A stretch of DNA of 64,000 nt from Promethearchaeota archaeon (GCA_048938855.1 JBHLLT010000002.1:160001-224000); one strand, 5' to 3'. Positions 30,119-40,442 are shown, counted from the first letter of the stretch. Numbers and translations: made by a program. The notes: generated by a model not told the origin, from the letters alone.

Positions 30119-31309
30119 TTAATTTTCCTCCTCTTGTAATTTTTTTAATAAATCTGAAGGTGTAAGAGGTGATAAAATTCTTAATTGCCTTACTATTCCA
30201 GGTAATACTTCTATAATTTTATCAATATCCTTCTCTTCAGTAAATCTTCCTAAAGTTAGTAATAAACTCCCATGTGCTTCTTCGTGTAACAAACCACACG
30301 AGATTAGTGTATGAGATGGCTCTAATGTTTTTGAAGAACAAGCTGAACCTGTTGCTACTTCAACTTTTTCATCTTTTAATTTAAGAAGTAATGATTCACC
30401 TTCAATATAATCAAACCTGAAATTAGCATTATGGGACGTTCTTTTCTCGGGATGCCCATTTAAATATGAATGCGGTATCTTTAAAACTTCCCTAATTAAT
30501 TTATCCCTCAAAGTTTTTAGTCTAGCTGCTTCTTCCTTTATTTCTGCTTTCATTATCTCAGCTGCTTTAGCAAATCCTATAATCCCCGGCATATTCTCAG
30601 ATCCCGATCTCATGCCATTCTCTTGACCCCCTCCAATAAGAATAGGATTAACTCTTACCCCTTTCTTAAGATATAAAGCGCCCACACCCCTAGGACCATA
30701 AATATCATTGGAAGATAAAGTCAATAAGTCAAAAGGAACCTTTTGTACATCAATAGGTATTGCACTTTCGCTTGCTACAGCATCAGAATGAAACCAGATT
30801 TTTTTCTTTTGAGCAAGTTCTGCGATTTCTTCTACAGGCTGGATGGATCCAATTTCATTACTAGCTGTAGAAATCGATATTAAAATTGTCTCATCAGTTA
30901 TTAATCTCTCTAATTTAGCTAGGTTTATGATACCAAACCTATCCACAGGAACTCGACTTACTTTGAAACCTTGTCTTTCTAAATATTTTCCAATGTTTAT
31001 GATCGAAATATGTTCAATCTCGGATATAATGATATGGTTTCCTTTTCTTTTATTTCGAAGAGCAGCACCAATTATTCCCAAATTATTTGATTCTGTAGCT
31101 CCAGAAGTAAATATTATCTGTTCTGGACTTGGAGCGTTTATAAATTCAGCAAGCTTAAGACGAGCTTCTTCTAAGGCTTTTGTAGCATTATATCCATAAG
31201 TATGCAATGACGATGGATTTCCAAATTCTTTTGTAAAATAAGGTTTCATGACCTCAAATACACGAGGATCAACTGGTTTTGCTGCTTGGTAATCTAAATA
31301 AGCACTCAT
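30119..31309 (-). CDS. iscS: Cysteine desulfurase (IscS/NifS type)
   Basis: YLDYQA, FTSGATESNN, TGSACSS; the usual PLP Lys motif reads SSNDIYGP. Confidence 0.85.
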   Translation of the reverse strand: MSAYLDYQAAKPVDPRVFEVMKPYFTKEFGNPSSLHTYGYNATKALEEARLKLAEFINAPSPEQIIFTSGATESNNLGIIGAALRNKRKGNHIIISEIEHISIINIGKYLERQGFKVSRVPVDRFGIINLAKLERLITDETILISISTASNEIGSIQPVEEIAELAQKKKIWFHSDAVASESAIPIDVQKVPFDLLTLSSNDIYGPRGVGALYLKKGVRVNPILIGGGQENGMRSGSENMPGIIGFAKAAEIMKAEIKEEAARLKTLRDKLIREVLKIPHSYLNGHPEKRTSHNANFRFDYIEGESLLLKLKDEKVEVATGSACSSKTLEPSHTLISCGLLHEEAHGSLLLTLGRFTEEKDIDKIIEVLPGIVRQLRILSPLTPSDLLKKLQEEEN

Positions 31310-31325
31310 TGCTTCTCACTCTAAT

Positions 31326-31580
31326 TTACTTCATTTTCTTAAAGACAAAAATTAAATCTTCGCCGTCCTTCTTAAATTCAACTACTTTTGTATCAGTTCT
31401 TTTAGCCCATCTCTTAAGATCCTCTTCTGCTGCAGGATCATCAGCAAGAACCTTAAAACATTGCCCTACGCTTAAAGTTTCACTTAAATTTCTTACCTCG
31501 AACAAGGGTTCTGGACAATATAATCCACGCGTATCTAATACGCTTTCAATCTTTACTTCCTCACTTTGTTCTTCACTCAC
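31326..31580 (-). CDS. tusA: Sulfur carrier TusA
   Basis: LDTRGLYCPEP, ADDP. Confidence 0.92.
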   Translation of the reverse strand: MSEEQSEEVKIESVLDTRGLYCPEPLFEVRNLSETLSVGQCFKVLADDPAAEEDLKRWAKRTDTKVVEFKKDGEDLIFVFKKMK

Positions 31581-31776
31581 TTTTAAAACCTCCTAATAAA
31601 AAAAAAAGCCTTAAAGAGTATAAATCTTCGGATTATAATTTAGTATACTTTAATCCTAACTAAGAAAAATATATAAAATGCATAAAAAAATGAATTTATA
31701 ATTTATAAATTCTTTAAGGTTAATTACTAAAAGAATTAAATAAAATGAAGAAAACTCAAAAATAGAATAAAAATAA

Positions 31777-32412
31777 TTATTTAATTCCAGCAAGTTTTTT
31801 TATGTGTTTTACTCCATCTACCGCATCATCAGCAAAATCGTCTGCTCCAAGTTTTTTTGCAAGTTCCATATTTAATGGGGCTCCTCCCACAATTAATTTA
31901 ACTCTATCACGCAGTCCTGCTGCTTGTAAAGCCTCATGAACAACTTTAATATGTTCTACAGTCATGGTCAATAAAGAACTTAATGCGACTATTGTAGCTC
32001 CTGTTTCTTTTACTTTTTCAACTATTGTATTTTCATCAACATCCATCCCCAAATCATATATTTCAAAACCAGAACTTAAGAGTAGGGATGCTAATATATT
32101 TTTTCCAATATCGTGGTTGTCTCCTTTGACTGTACCTATAATTATTTTAACCTTATCCTCAGTTTTATCTGATGCAGCTAAAATAGGCTTCAAAATATTA
32201 AAAGCTTCCTTCATAGTTTCTCCAGCTAACACAAGTTCAGTTAAATAATATTCTTTCTCCTCATAACGACGACCAACCTCATCCATACCTTTTGTCAAAG
32301 CATTTAAAACATCAAATGCATCCTTTCCTTCATCTAATGCTTCTTTCACAGCACCGGCAATATCATCTACTTCTAATTCAATTACTAATTCTGTTAAATT
32401 TTCGAAATTCAC
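31777..32412 (-). CDS. Corrinoid (B12-binding) methyltransferase protein, MtmC/MttC-like
   Basis: Cap domain, GDNHDIGKN, VGGAP. Confidence 0.92.
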   Translation of the reverse strand: MNFENLTELVIELEVDDIAGAVKEALDEGKDAFDVLNALTKGMDEVGRRYEEKEYYLTELVLAGETMKEAFNILKPILAASDKTEDKVKIIIGTVKGDNHDIGKNILASLLLSSGFEIYDLGMDVDENTIVEKVKETGATIVALSSLLTMTVEHIKVVHEALQAAGLRDRVKLIVGGAPLNMELAKKLGADDFADDAVDGVKHIKKLAGIK

Positions 32413-32540
32413 AAATTTCTCCTTTCTGTATTCTATTATAAATGTTAATTTATACTAATGTAAATTAAATTTCTCCTTTAAATCTTATTTCATTATAAAA
32501 ATCTAGTTTCCAAAATTGATATGCTTCAGAAATTTAAAAA

Positions 32541-32700
32541 GAGAGAGAGGGAGATGAGAAAAAAACAAAATCTCAACATGTTTGTTTAAGATTTTGTAAA
32601 ATTCAGTTTAGTTACCATTTTAATTAGGAAATTCCACGAAAAAGGGAATCCCTTTTTTCATTAGGGGATATTATTTGTATTTTCTCAATCTTCCCTCTAT
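32541..32700. ncRNA. Candidate structured RNA (~160 nt) closed by a long imperfect stem
   Basis: AGAGGGAGATGAGAAAA..ACAAAATCTC pairs with GATATTATTTGTATTTTCTCAATCTTCCCTCT; inner hairpin AAAAAGGG-AAT-CCCTTTTT. Confidence 0.45.
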
Positions 32701-32949
32701 TGTATAATTATGATACTTTAATATTTAAAGTTAATTTAGCAAAAGCCAACAAACCAAAAATTATTCATCAAATATATATCCAATCAAACTAAGGTTCTTT
32801 CTATTAAAAAATTCTAAAGAAAAGCATCTTTTAAAAGAAAAATACTAATTTTTTATAAATTCATTATATAGAAATGTAATTTTCAGATTATCATTACAAT
32901 TAATTTAATATGACACTAAAGATTTAAATAAAAAATAATTATTTTCAAT

Positions 32950-33753
32950 GTGCCAGAAATTAATAATTCCTTAAAAGATATTAAGCAAGAAAATTCAGTG
33001 AACGAGAATAATATTATTTCAAAAACAGAAATGTTGAAAGAAATAAGTTCTGAGTTTGCTATTGTTTGTAAAGAGTTATTTAAAGATTATGAAATAGGAG
33101 ATTTTATTGTTCGAGCTGTTGATAATGTATCTGTAACAATTCATAATGGAGAATTTTTAGTCATTAAAGGACCTAGTGGTGCAGGTAAGACATCTTTTTT
33201 AAATCTAATAGGAGGCTTAGATTCACCCAATAAAGGAATATTATATTCTTTTGGTGTAAAAATTTCAGATATGGAAGAGGAATCCTTAACAACCTGGAGA
33301 CTTTTAAATACTGGTTTTGTTTTTCAAAATTATAATCTTATTAGTACACTTACTGCTGAGGAAAATATTATGTTTCCAATGAATCTTTCAGGAGTAGCTT
33401 TTAAAGAACAGAGGAAGCGTGCAGAAGAATTATTAAGAAAAATGAACCTTCTTGATCGGAGAGAACATTTACCATTTCAACTTTCTGCTGGTGAACAACA
33501 GAGAGTTGCTATAGCAAGAGCATTAGCAAACGATCCCCCCATGATCCTGGCTGATGAACCAACGGCTAATTTAGACAAAAAAACTAGTCAATTTATTCGA
33601 GATATTTTTAAAGGGTTAAAAGATGATGTTAGAACAATCATAATCGCTACACACGATGATTATTTAATAAATATAGCTGATAGAATTCTTTCTTTTGATG
33701 AGGGTAAAATTATAAATGAAGAAATAATAAGAAAATTCGAATTGAGATTATAA
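32950..33753 (+). CDS. ABC transporter ATP-binding protein (LolD/MacB type)
   Basis: GPSGAGKT, LSAGEQQR, ADEPTANLD. Confidence 0.93.
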   Translation: MPEINNSLKDIKQENSVNENNIISKTEMLKEISSEFAIVCKELFKDYEIGDFIVRAVDNVSVTIHNGEFLVIKGPSGAGKTSFLNLIGGLDSPNKGILYSFGVKISDMEEESLTTWRLLNTGFVFQNYNLISTLTAEENIMFPMNLSGVAFKEQRKRAEELLRKMNLLDRREHLPFQLSAGEQQRVAIARALANDPPMILADEPTANLDKKTSQFIRDIFKGLKDDVRTIIIATHDDYLINIADRILSFDEGKIINEEIIRKFELRL

Positions 33754-33758
33754 AAGGT

Positions 33759-35669
33759 ATGTCATCATTTGATTTTGCTCTGAAAGATTTATATCGGAAG
33801 AAAAAGGCGAATTATCCTTTTCTAATTATTATAATTTTGACCGTAACTATAACAGAATTCTTAATTTATTTTACTTCCTCACTAGGATTAAACATCTTTA
33901 TTCAATCTTCATTTTTGAATACTTATTATTTCACAAGTGGAATTAATCTAGTTTATAAACAATTTAATAGCTTAGTTCAGATCTTATTGATAGTATTAAC
34001 AATTAGCATTGTAATCGGTGTTTGTACAACATTAATCGTTTCAAAAAAGAAAGATATTGCTATAATGAAATCTTTAGGAACACTACCACGAGAATTATAT
34101 AGTTTTTTTTTGCTTGAAGTATATATATTGTTCATTATTGGTTTTATATTAGGTTTAATCTTAGGGCTGGTTACATTTGGAATCTTTGCTTTGATTATGT
34201 TTTTTGTCAATTTTCCGATTTTATTTCATTTCGATATCTTTTTTACATTATTTACTTTTATTTCCTGTATAATAGGTATTTTCTTTGTGAGTGGTTATGC
34301 AATAAGGAGAATAGGGAGACAGAAGATAATCCGTTCTTTCTCTAAAGATATTCCTTACAACTATAATGCAGGAAAACCTTTAAAGCTTATCCCTAAATGG
34401 TTAACTTCAATTGGTTTTAATATTAAAATTGCTGTTGTTAATACATTGAGAAAAAAAGGTGAATTTCAGAGATATTTAATATTGTTTTCTATTATTGGAA
34501 TATTGATATTTACTCTAAGCATCGGAACAGTTGTTATCAATTTTTCCTCTCGGGAGTGGATAAATAAATCACAAAATGAAAATATTGTAATTATCGGACA
34601 TGAAGATGTTGTATATAATTATTCTTTAATGTATAGGATGTTTTCCGATCCCCAACTCTTAATTAGCGAGGCAAATATAAATTTTACAGATTCACAATAC
34701 TTCTTTAACTTAAGCGATATACAAAGTTTAGAAAACATTGCTGAAATTGAAAAAATTGATGAAAGAATAATAAGTTTTTATGATGTAGAGGAATTAACCG
34801 GAACTATCATAACAGAAGATGGCTCTTACGTAACTGTTGGACAGGATCGAACGGGGAATATTCCTATAATTGGAGTTAATCCAGACAATATAATTCAAAA
34901 TTTTGAAATTGAAGGAAGATTCTTTACTGAAGAAGATGCTTTTTTCAACATGACTATTGCTGATGGTTTAGCTCAGAACTTTTTTGATTTTCCATTATTC
35001 CAAAGATTAGAACTTACTGGACTTAGTAAAGTATTTCATATTGCGGGGGTGGTTATTGATAGTTTTTATTCTGGGTGGAGTGGATATATAAGTATCAATG
35101 AGTCAAGGAAATTATTAGACCTAAATAATGATGAGGTCAATTTGATTATGTTAAAGCTAAGTCCTGGAACATATGAGGGACTTAGTGAGACACTTGAAAA
35201 TGTCACTAATACAATTGGTGAAAAATTTACATTTTTAAGATTAGACCAAGTTTTCCAAACAAATTTAAATTTCGTAAGCTCATTATCTGTATACCCAATA
35301 ATATTGATCATGGTAATATCAACAATAGCAATTTTATCATTGTATAATTATCAAAAATCCGGAATATTGGAGAAAGCGCAAGATTTTCTTATTATGCGAG
35401 CGATTGGTTCAAAAACTAAGTCACTTAAAAAAATACTTTTCATGGAGTCAATTTTAGTTATAATTCCTTCACTATTACTAAGTTTAGGTATTGGAATGAT
35501 TATAAATTCACTATTTCTTTTTAAGCAAATCTATTTACCTCCCTTATACATTCCATTTCTTTTCTTCTTAATTTTATTTATAATTTTTATGATATTTAAT
35601 TTTTTAAGTCTTTTTCCTATAATCAAGAAAATCAATAAATTTTCTATTAAGGATTTCAGTTTGTACTAA
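33759..35669 (+). CDS. FtsX/MacB-type ABC permease
   Basis: Two FtsX signatures (IAIMKSLG, LIMRAIG) and an extracellular domain. Confidence 0.88.
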   Translation: MSSFDFALKDLYRKKKANYPFLIIIILTVTITEFLIYFTSSLGLNIFIQSSFLNTYYFTSGINLVYKQFNSLVQILLIVLTISIVIGVCTTLIVSKKKDIAIMKSLGTLPRELYSFFLLEVYILFIIGFILGLILGLVTFGIFALIMFFVNFPILFHFDIFFTLFTFISCIIGIFFVSGYAIRRIGRQKIIRSFSKDIPYNYNAGKPLKLIPKWLTSIGFNIKIAVVNTLRKKGEFQRYLILFSIIGILIFTLSIGTVVINFSSREWINKSQNENIVIIGHEDVVYNYSLMYRMFSDPQLLISEANINFTDSQYFFNLSDIQSLENIAEIEKIDERIISFYDVEELTGTIITEDGSYVTVGQDRTGNIPIIGVNPDNIIQNFEIEGRFFTEEDAFFNMTIADGLAQNFFDFPLFQRLELTGLSKVFHIAGVVIDSFYSGWSGYISINESRKLLDLNNDEVNLIMLKLSPGTYEGLSETLENVTNTIGEKFTFLRLDQVFQTNLNFVSSLSVYPIILIMVISTIAILSLYNYQKSGILEKAQDFLIMRAIGSKTKSLKKILFMESILVIIPSLLLSLGIGMIINSLFLFKQIYLPPLYIPFLFFLILFIIFMIFNFLSLFPIIKKINKFSIKDFSLY

Positions 35670-35770
35670 ACATTTTTATTCTTGTAATAAGATAAGATGG
35701 ATAAGGGATTGATAGGATAAATTTTAATTTCTAAAATTTTATTATTCTAATATAATGGTGATTCTTTTTA

Positions 35771-37087
35771 ATGTCTGAAGATGCGTTGAAAGCCCGGATC
35801 AATGATTTAAAGGTAGAACTTGAGAAAAAAGATAGAGAAATTCATAGTCTCCTTGATAGAATTGAGGAACTTGAAGATAACATAATGAGATTAGAAGCTC
35901 TTATTCCAGATGAAGATCCAAAGAATAAAAGCAAGAAACAGCAAGCAGTTGATTCAAAATTAGCTATTGAACTCGATGAAAAAGATAGAAAAATTCGAGA
36001 GTTAAAAAATAGTATGGGATTCTTAAGAAAAGAAAAAGTACAACTTCAACAAGAATTAGAAGTAATTAAAATTCAACAGAAAGACTCTTCGGTTATTAGA
36101 GTTGAAGATCTAAGAAGTGCTCCCCCTCTTAATATGCTGGTAAAAGAACTCCAAGATAAAGTTAACAATTATCGTTCAATAATTAATAAATTAAGATCCC
36201 AGAATATTGGGAACAATGACTTAAGTGAGCAACTAAATCAAAGAGAAATGGAAATTAAAATTTTAAAATCAGAAAATTTAGATTTACAACAAAAATTAAA
36301 GGAGCTTGATACTTATTCTAGAAAAAAAGGTTCAGATTCAATACAAAAAGAGTTAATTGAAGATCTTCAAGAACAATTGACTAAATCTAAAAAACAGATT
36401 GCAGATTTAAAGCTCAAAATTGTAAAATCAGATAAAAAAAGTAAAAAAAACGAGAAAGACATTACAAAAATAAAGGAATTCAAAAAACAGATCAATGAGC
36501 AAAAAGATATAGTAAAAGAAAGAGAAGCTGAAATTAAAGAATTAAAGAAAGAAATTATTTTATTACAGAAGGCTGATATTGCTGCAAATTTTGAACAAGA
36601 CGATATTACTTCAAATAAAATGATGAAAACTCTACAAAATGATCTTCAAAATAAACTAAATAAAGCAAAACAAAGAATTCAATCCTTAAAAAGTGAACTT
36701 AAAAAGATGCAAGAAGGAAAACCGATTGAATCCATGCAACCTCAAAGTGAGCTAGAAGGAAAACTCAAAATGCAAAGAGAAATGGCAATCTTCCTTCAAA
36801 AACAATTAAAAACCAAGGAAGAAGAAATTGAAACCATCAAAAATGAAGCAGTTCAAATAAAGGGAAAGTATAGACAATTAGAAAATCAAGTGAGATCAAA
36901 AGAGGAAAAACTTAATGATTTACAACGACAATTGGATAGTTTTAATATTCAAACTCAAGTACAACATACAAGAGTAGATCCTACTTTAGATTTGAGACTC
37001 AGAGAGCTTAAAAATAGACTTGAAAATTTAGAAAAATTGAATAATGAACAAAAATTAGAAATAGCTCAGTTAAGAAAACGAACGTAA
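35771..37087 (+). CDS. Long coiled-coil protein
   Basis: Heptad-rich K/E/L/Q composition along the whole length. Confidence 0.75.
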   Translation: MSEDALKARINDLKVELEKKDREIHSLLDRIEELEDNIMRLEALIPDEDPKNKSKKQQAVDSKLAIELDEKDRKIRELKNSMGFLRKEKVQLQQELEVIKIQQKDSSVIRVEDLRSAPPLNMLVKELQDKVNNYRSIINKLRSQNIGNNDLSEQLNQREMEIKILKSENLDLQQKLKELDTYSRKKGSDSIQKELIEDLQEQLTKSKKQIADLKLKIVKSDKKSKKNEKDITKIKEFKKQINEQKDIVKEREAEIKELKKEIILLQKADIAANFEQDDITSNKMMKTLQNDLQNKLNKAKQRIQSLKSELKKMQEGKPIESMQPQSELEGKLKMQREMAIFLQKQLKTKEEEIETIKNEAVQIKGKYRQLENQVRSKEEKLNDLQRQLDSFNIQTQVQHTRVDPTLDLRLRELKNRLENLEKLNNEQKLEIAQLRKRT

Positions 37088-37097
37088 ACTTGTTATA

Positions 37098-38078
37098 ATG
37101 GAACTTATTATATTAGGGAGTTCAGCAGCAACCCCTCTTAAAGAAAGAAACTTGCCCTCTATAGCATTAAAATACAAAAATCAAGTTCTTTTATTTGATT
37201 GTGGAGAAGATTTCCAAAGAAAGTTTGCTGAAGCTGGTTTAAAATTTAATAAGCCAATGAAAATATTTATTACTCATTTTCATGGTGACCATATACTTGG
37301 ACTACCTCCTTTCCTTTTTCGTTTAAGTTTAAATGGTAGAACTGCTCCAATGATAATTTTTGGCCCCAGAAATCTTTTTCTGTATTTATACCTCCATAGG
37401 AAAATACTTGGTTTAAAAGCCGAATATCCTATTAAGATAATAGAAATTGATTATCAAAATCAAAAATTAATAGAATTTGAGGGCTTAGATTCTGAAATAC
37501 CAAAGAGAACACTTGATATTGTCGCAAATGTAGTTTTTGATTCAAAATATTATTCAATAAAATTTGCTGTCGTAGATCATTCTATAATTACCTTCGCATA
37601 CGCATTCATTGAAAAACCAAGATATGGTAAATTTGTACCTGAACGTGCCAAAAACTTGGGTATCCCTGAAAGTAACTTATGGAAAAAATTACAAGAAGGA
37701 CAAATAATTGAATTCAATGGAAAAATGATTGATCCGATTAAAGAAGGAATTGTTGGACCCCAGAAACCAGGTAGAAAGATAACTTATTCTGGAGATTTGA
37801 AACCTTGTGATTCCTTAATTGAATTAGGACGGGATTCAGATATTTTGATTCATGAAGCAACATTTGCTAAATCCTTAGCTGAAACTGCTGATGAGAAAAA
37901 GCACTCTACATCAGTGGATGCCGCTAATGATGCAAAAGAAATGAATGCGAAAAAGCTTATTTTAACGCATATTTCTGCAAGATACCAACATGATGCTTTA
38001 ATTTTATTAGAAGAAGCTAAAAAAATATTTCCTAATACAATTTTAGCAGAAGATTTACTAAAAATTGTAATTAATTAG
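37098..38078 (+). CDS. rnz: Ribonuclease Z
   Basis: THFHGDH, HEATF, HST, LTHISARY, exosite arm. Confidence 0.95.
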   Translation: MELIILGSSAATPLKERNLPSIALKYKNQVLLFDCGEDFQRKFAEAGLKFNKPMKIFITHFHGDHILGLPPFLFRLSLNGRTAPMIIFGPRNLFLYLYLHRKILGLKAEYPIKIIEIDYQNQKLIEFEGLDSEIPKRTLDIVANVVFDSKYYSIKFAVVDHSIITFAYAFIEKPRYGKFVPERAKNLGIPESNLWKKLQEGQIIEFNGKMIDPIKEGIVGPQKPGRKITYSGDLKPCDSLIELGRDSDILIHEATFAKSLAETADEKKHSTSVDAANDAKEMNAKKLILTHISARYQHDALILLEEAKKIFPNTILAEDLLKIVIN

Positions 38079-38133
38079 AATCAATTCTATAATTAGGCTT
38101 TGAAAAAGAAGATGATAAAATATTGATTGTTTT

Positions 38134-38343
38134 CTAATTTCCACCTGCTATGTGTGGAAGTATTATAATCTCGTCTTCTTTGCCGATTTTTGTTTCTGGA
38201 GTTGCTTTTTTCCCATTTACAAGAATTCCAAAATACTTATCTTCCAAGTTGAGTTCTTTCAATAAATCGGCAACTACCATTGTCCTTTCTGGTTTATAGG
38301 TCTCAAACAATCCGGTGTCTAATAATTCACTGATCTGTTTCAC
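38134..38343 (-). CDS. MoaD/ThiS/SAMP ubiquitin-like protein ending GG-N
   Basis: ILVNG..DEIIILPHIAGGN; GGTGG SD before the GTG start. Confidence 0.85.
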   Translation of the reverse strand: MKQISELLDTGLFETYKPERTMVVADLLKELNLEDKYFGILVNGKKATPETKIGKEDEIIILPHIAGGN

Positions 38344-38610
38344 TTTGTAAAAACCACCTATTTCTTGTTTTTAATTATTAATAATATGTTTGTAATTATA
38401 TTTAATATTATTTCTTTAGATATATTCGTTTCAGAAAGCTATTAATTATAAGATCTGAAATGCTCTATTAGACTAATTTTAATCGTTCAGGAATTATTTT
38501 ACGGAATCCTTGAGTTAACTATGTTTTTTTGATTGAAATTAAAATCCAATTTTTTTTATTTTTAAATTAATTTCTATATATAGGCTTTACTTATTTGAGG
38601 AGATAATAAA

Positions 38611-40263
38611 ATTATTGAAGAAGAAGAATTCATTGAATACGCTGAATTTTTAGATAAACTTAGAAAATATGAATCTAAAATAAAAGAGATTAAAAATCCA
38701 ATAGAAAAAAAAAAGTTAATACAAGAAATGGTTTCAGAGTCAATTATTTTTTCTAATGAGATTGTTCAATCTGGAGAATTTTATGAAGCTGGAGAACTTC
38801 TGTTTTCTGTTGCTGAAATGATGGAAAATATCGAATTTTCTGAAGCTATTAAATTATATAATAAAACCATAGAATTATATAAAAAACAAATTGTTGATTA
38901 TAAACTCCAAGCTAAATTACATGAAATTGCTGAATTATATTTAAGAATTGCTGAAATTTATCGCGATAAAATTATAGATTATCAATCAGAGAAAAAAAAT
39001 ATTAAAAATAGTATAAAAATTTTAAAGCAAGAAAGTGATCTTTTAAAAGAATTTAATGAAACAAGAAAAATCGCTCAAAACTATCAAAATATAGCAGATT
39101 TATATTTAAAATTCTCTGATTTCAATAATGCGATAGATTTTTATGAAAAAGTTATTAATATATCTAAAAATCATGACTTTTTCGATATGCTATCCTACTC
39201 TTATCAACAGATAGGTTCATGCTATGAAGAGATTGATGATTACAATAAATCACAAGATATTATTTTGGATGGTGTTGAATTCTTCTCTACTCTCGCAACA
39301 AAATTCGAAGAGAAAAATGATAATATTACATTAGCCCAAATTTATCAGATCTTAAAAAATTTAAATAAAATTTTGGATAAACAAGACCAATACTCAATCT
39401 TCTCTAAAAAAGAAGCAGGAGCATATATAGATTTAGCAGAAACCTTAGAAAAATTACCAGAAAATTATTATAAAATCGCACGATATTATAGAGGCGCGGG
39501 ATTATGTTATCAAGACATTCAAAATAATCTAATTGAGTGTGCTTCCTGTTTTGTTTTAGCTGGCAATTTTTCAAAGAAAATTGAGGATTATAACCAAGCG
39601 GCTACAAATTTTTTTGATGGGGCAAATGTTTTTAAAGAAATGGGTAATTTTGAAATGGCTTATAAACATTATGTTGAAGCCGGTGACAATTATTGGAAGG
39701 TTGGAAGTTTCAATGAGTCTACAGAGAGTTACTTAAACGCTTATGATGCTGCAATTGAAGGTGGTTTAGAATTCAATAGATTTGGCATTTTTAATCAAAT
39801 AATTAGAGGTTTAAATAAGATTGTTGAAGAAGGATTAAAAAACAAACAATTCTTTACAGCAGCTACATTAATATTAGAAAGCATAAAATTTTATGAACAG
39901 CTTGATACTGCAAAAGATTTCCTTCTTAGAGAAATGGTTAACAATTTATATCGTTATTATTATCGAGCAGCAAACTTAAAGAAAATTGGCTATTCTCACA
40001 TCGTACATAGTTATGTTTTAGCATCAATCTCATGCATTTTGATTGGAAAATTAGATAAGGCATGGAAAGTGATCTCTGAAATAGACTCTAAAGAAACAAC
40101 AGTAAAAAAATATAAAGAAATAATAAAAATAATGATTGAAAAGGTTTCTCAAGGAAAAAGTATTGAATTAAATAGTTTTCCTTATGATTTAAAGAGAATT
40201 ATTGAATCCTCGGAAGAAATAATGTTCCTTATAAAGCTATTTAAGGGTTTTACACTAAACTAA
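38611..40263 (+). CDS. TPR/alpha-SNAP-like helical repeat protein (probable ATT start; ORF track starts at 38728)
   Basis: TPR-like repeats (AATNFFDGANVFK, HYVEAGDNYWK); frame open from ATT 38611 after GAGGAG. Confidence 0.75.
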   Translation: MIEEEEFIEYAEFLDKLRKYESKIKEIKNPIEKKKLIQEMVSESIIFSNEIVQSGEFYEAGELLFSVAEMMENIEFSEAIKLYNKTIELYKKQIVDYKLQAKLHEIAELYLRIAEIYRDKIIDYQSEKKNIKNSIKILKQESDLLKEFNETRKIAQNYQNIADLYLKFSDFNNAIDFYEKVINISKNHDFFDMLSYSYQQIGSCYEEIDDYNKSQDIILDGVEFFSTLATKFEEKNDNITLAQIYQILKNLNKILDKQDQYSIFSKKEAGAYIDLAETLEKLPENYYKIARYYRGAGLCYQDIQNNLIECASCFVLAGNFSKKIEDYNQAATNFFDGANVFKEMGNFEMAYKHYVEAGDNYWKVGSFNESTESYLNAYDAAIEGGLEFNRFGIFNQIIRGLNKIVEEGLKNKQFFTAATLILESIKFYEQLDTAKDFLLREMVNNLYRYYYRAANLKKIGYSHIVHSYVLASISCILIGKLDKAWKVISEIDSKETTVKKYKEIIKIMIEKVSQGKSIELNSFPYDLKRIIESSEEIMFLIKLFKGFTLN

Positions 40264-40442
40264 TTTTAACTCTCTCTATCTACTTTCTTGTAAATTATTA
40301 CTGGATCTTGATAAAAACTTAAATATATTAAATAAAATGTTTATGATAATATCAAAAAAAGAATTCTGACATATCTAAAGTATTAATATTTACTCACAAC
40401 GCAGATAATTTCAGTAATCGAATTTTAAAGAAGGAAATAGTT

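Noticed and set aside
1-32412. Selenoprotein (in-frame TGA) read-through in the redox genes
   Set aside because: The redox ORFs I inspected have complete Cys motifs and full-length domains. I saw no truncating TGA at a catalytic position.
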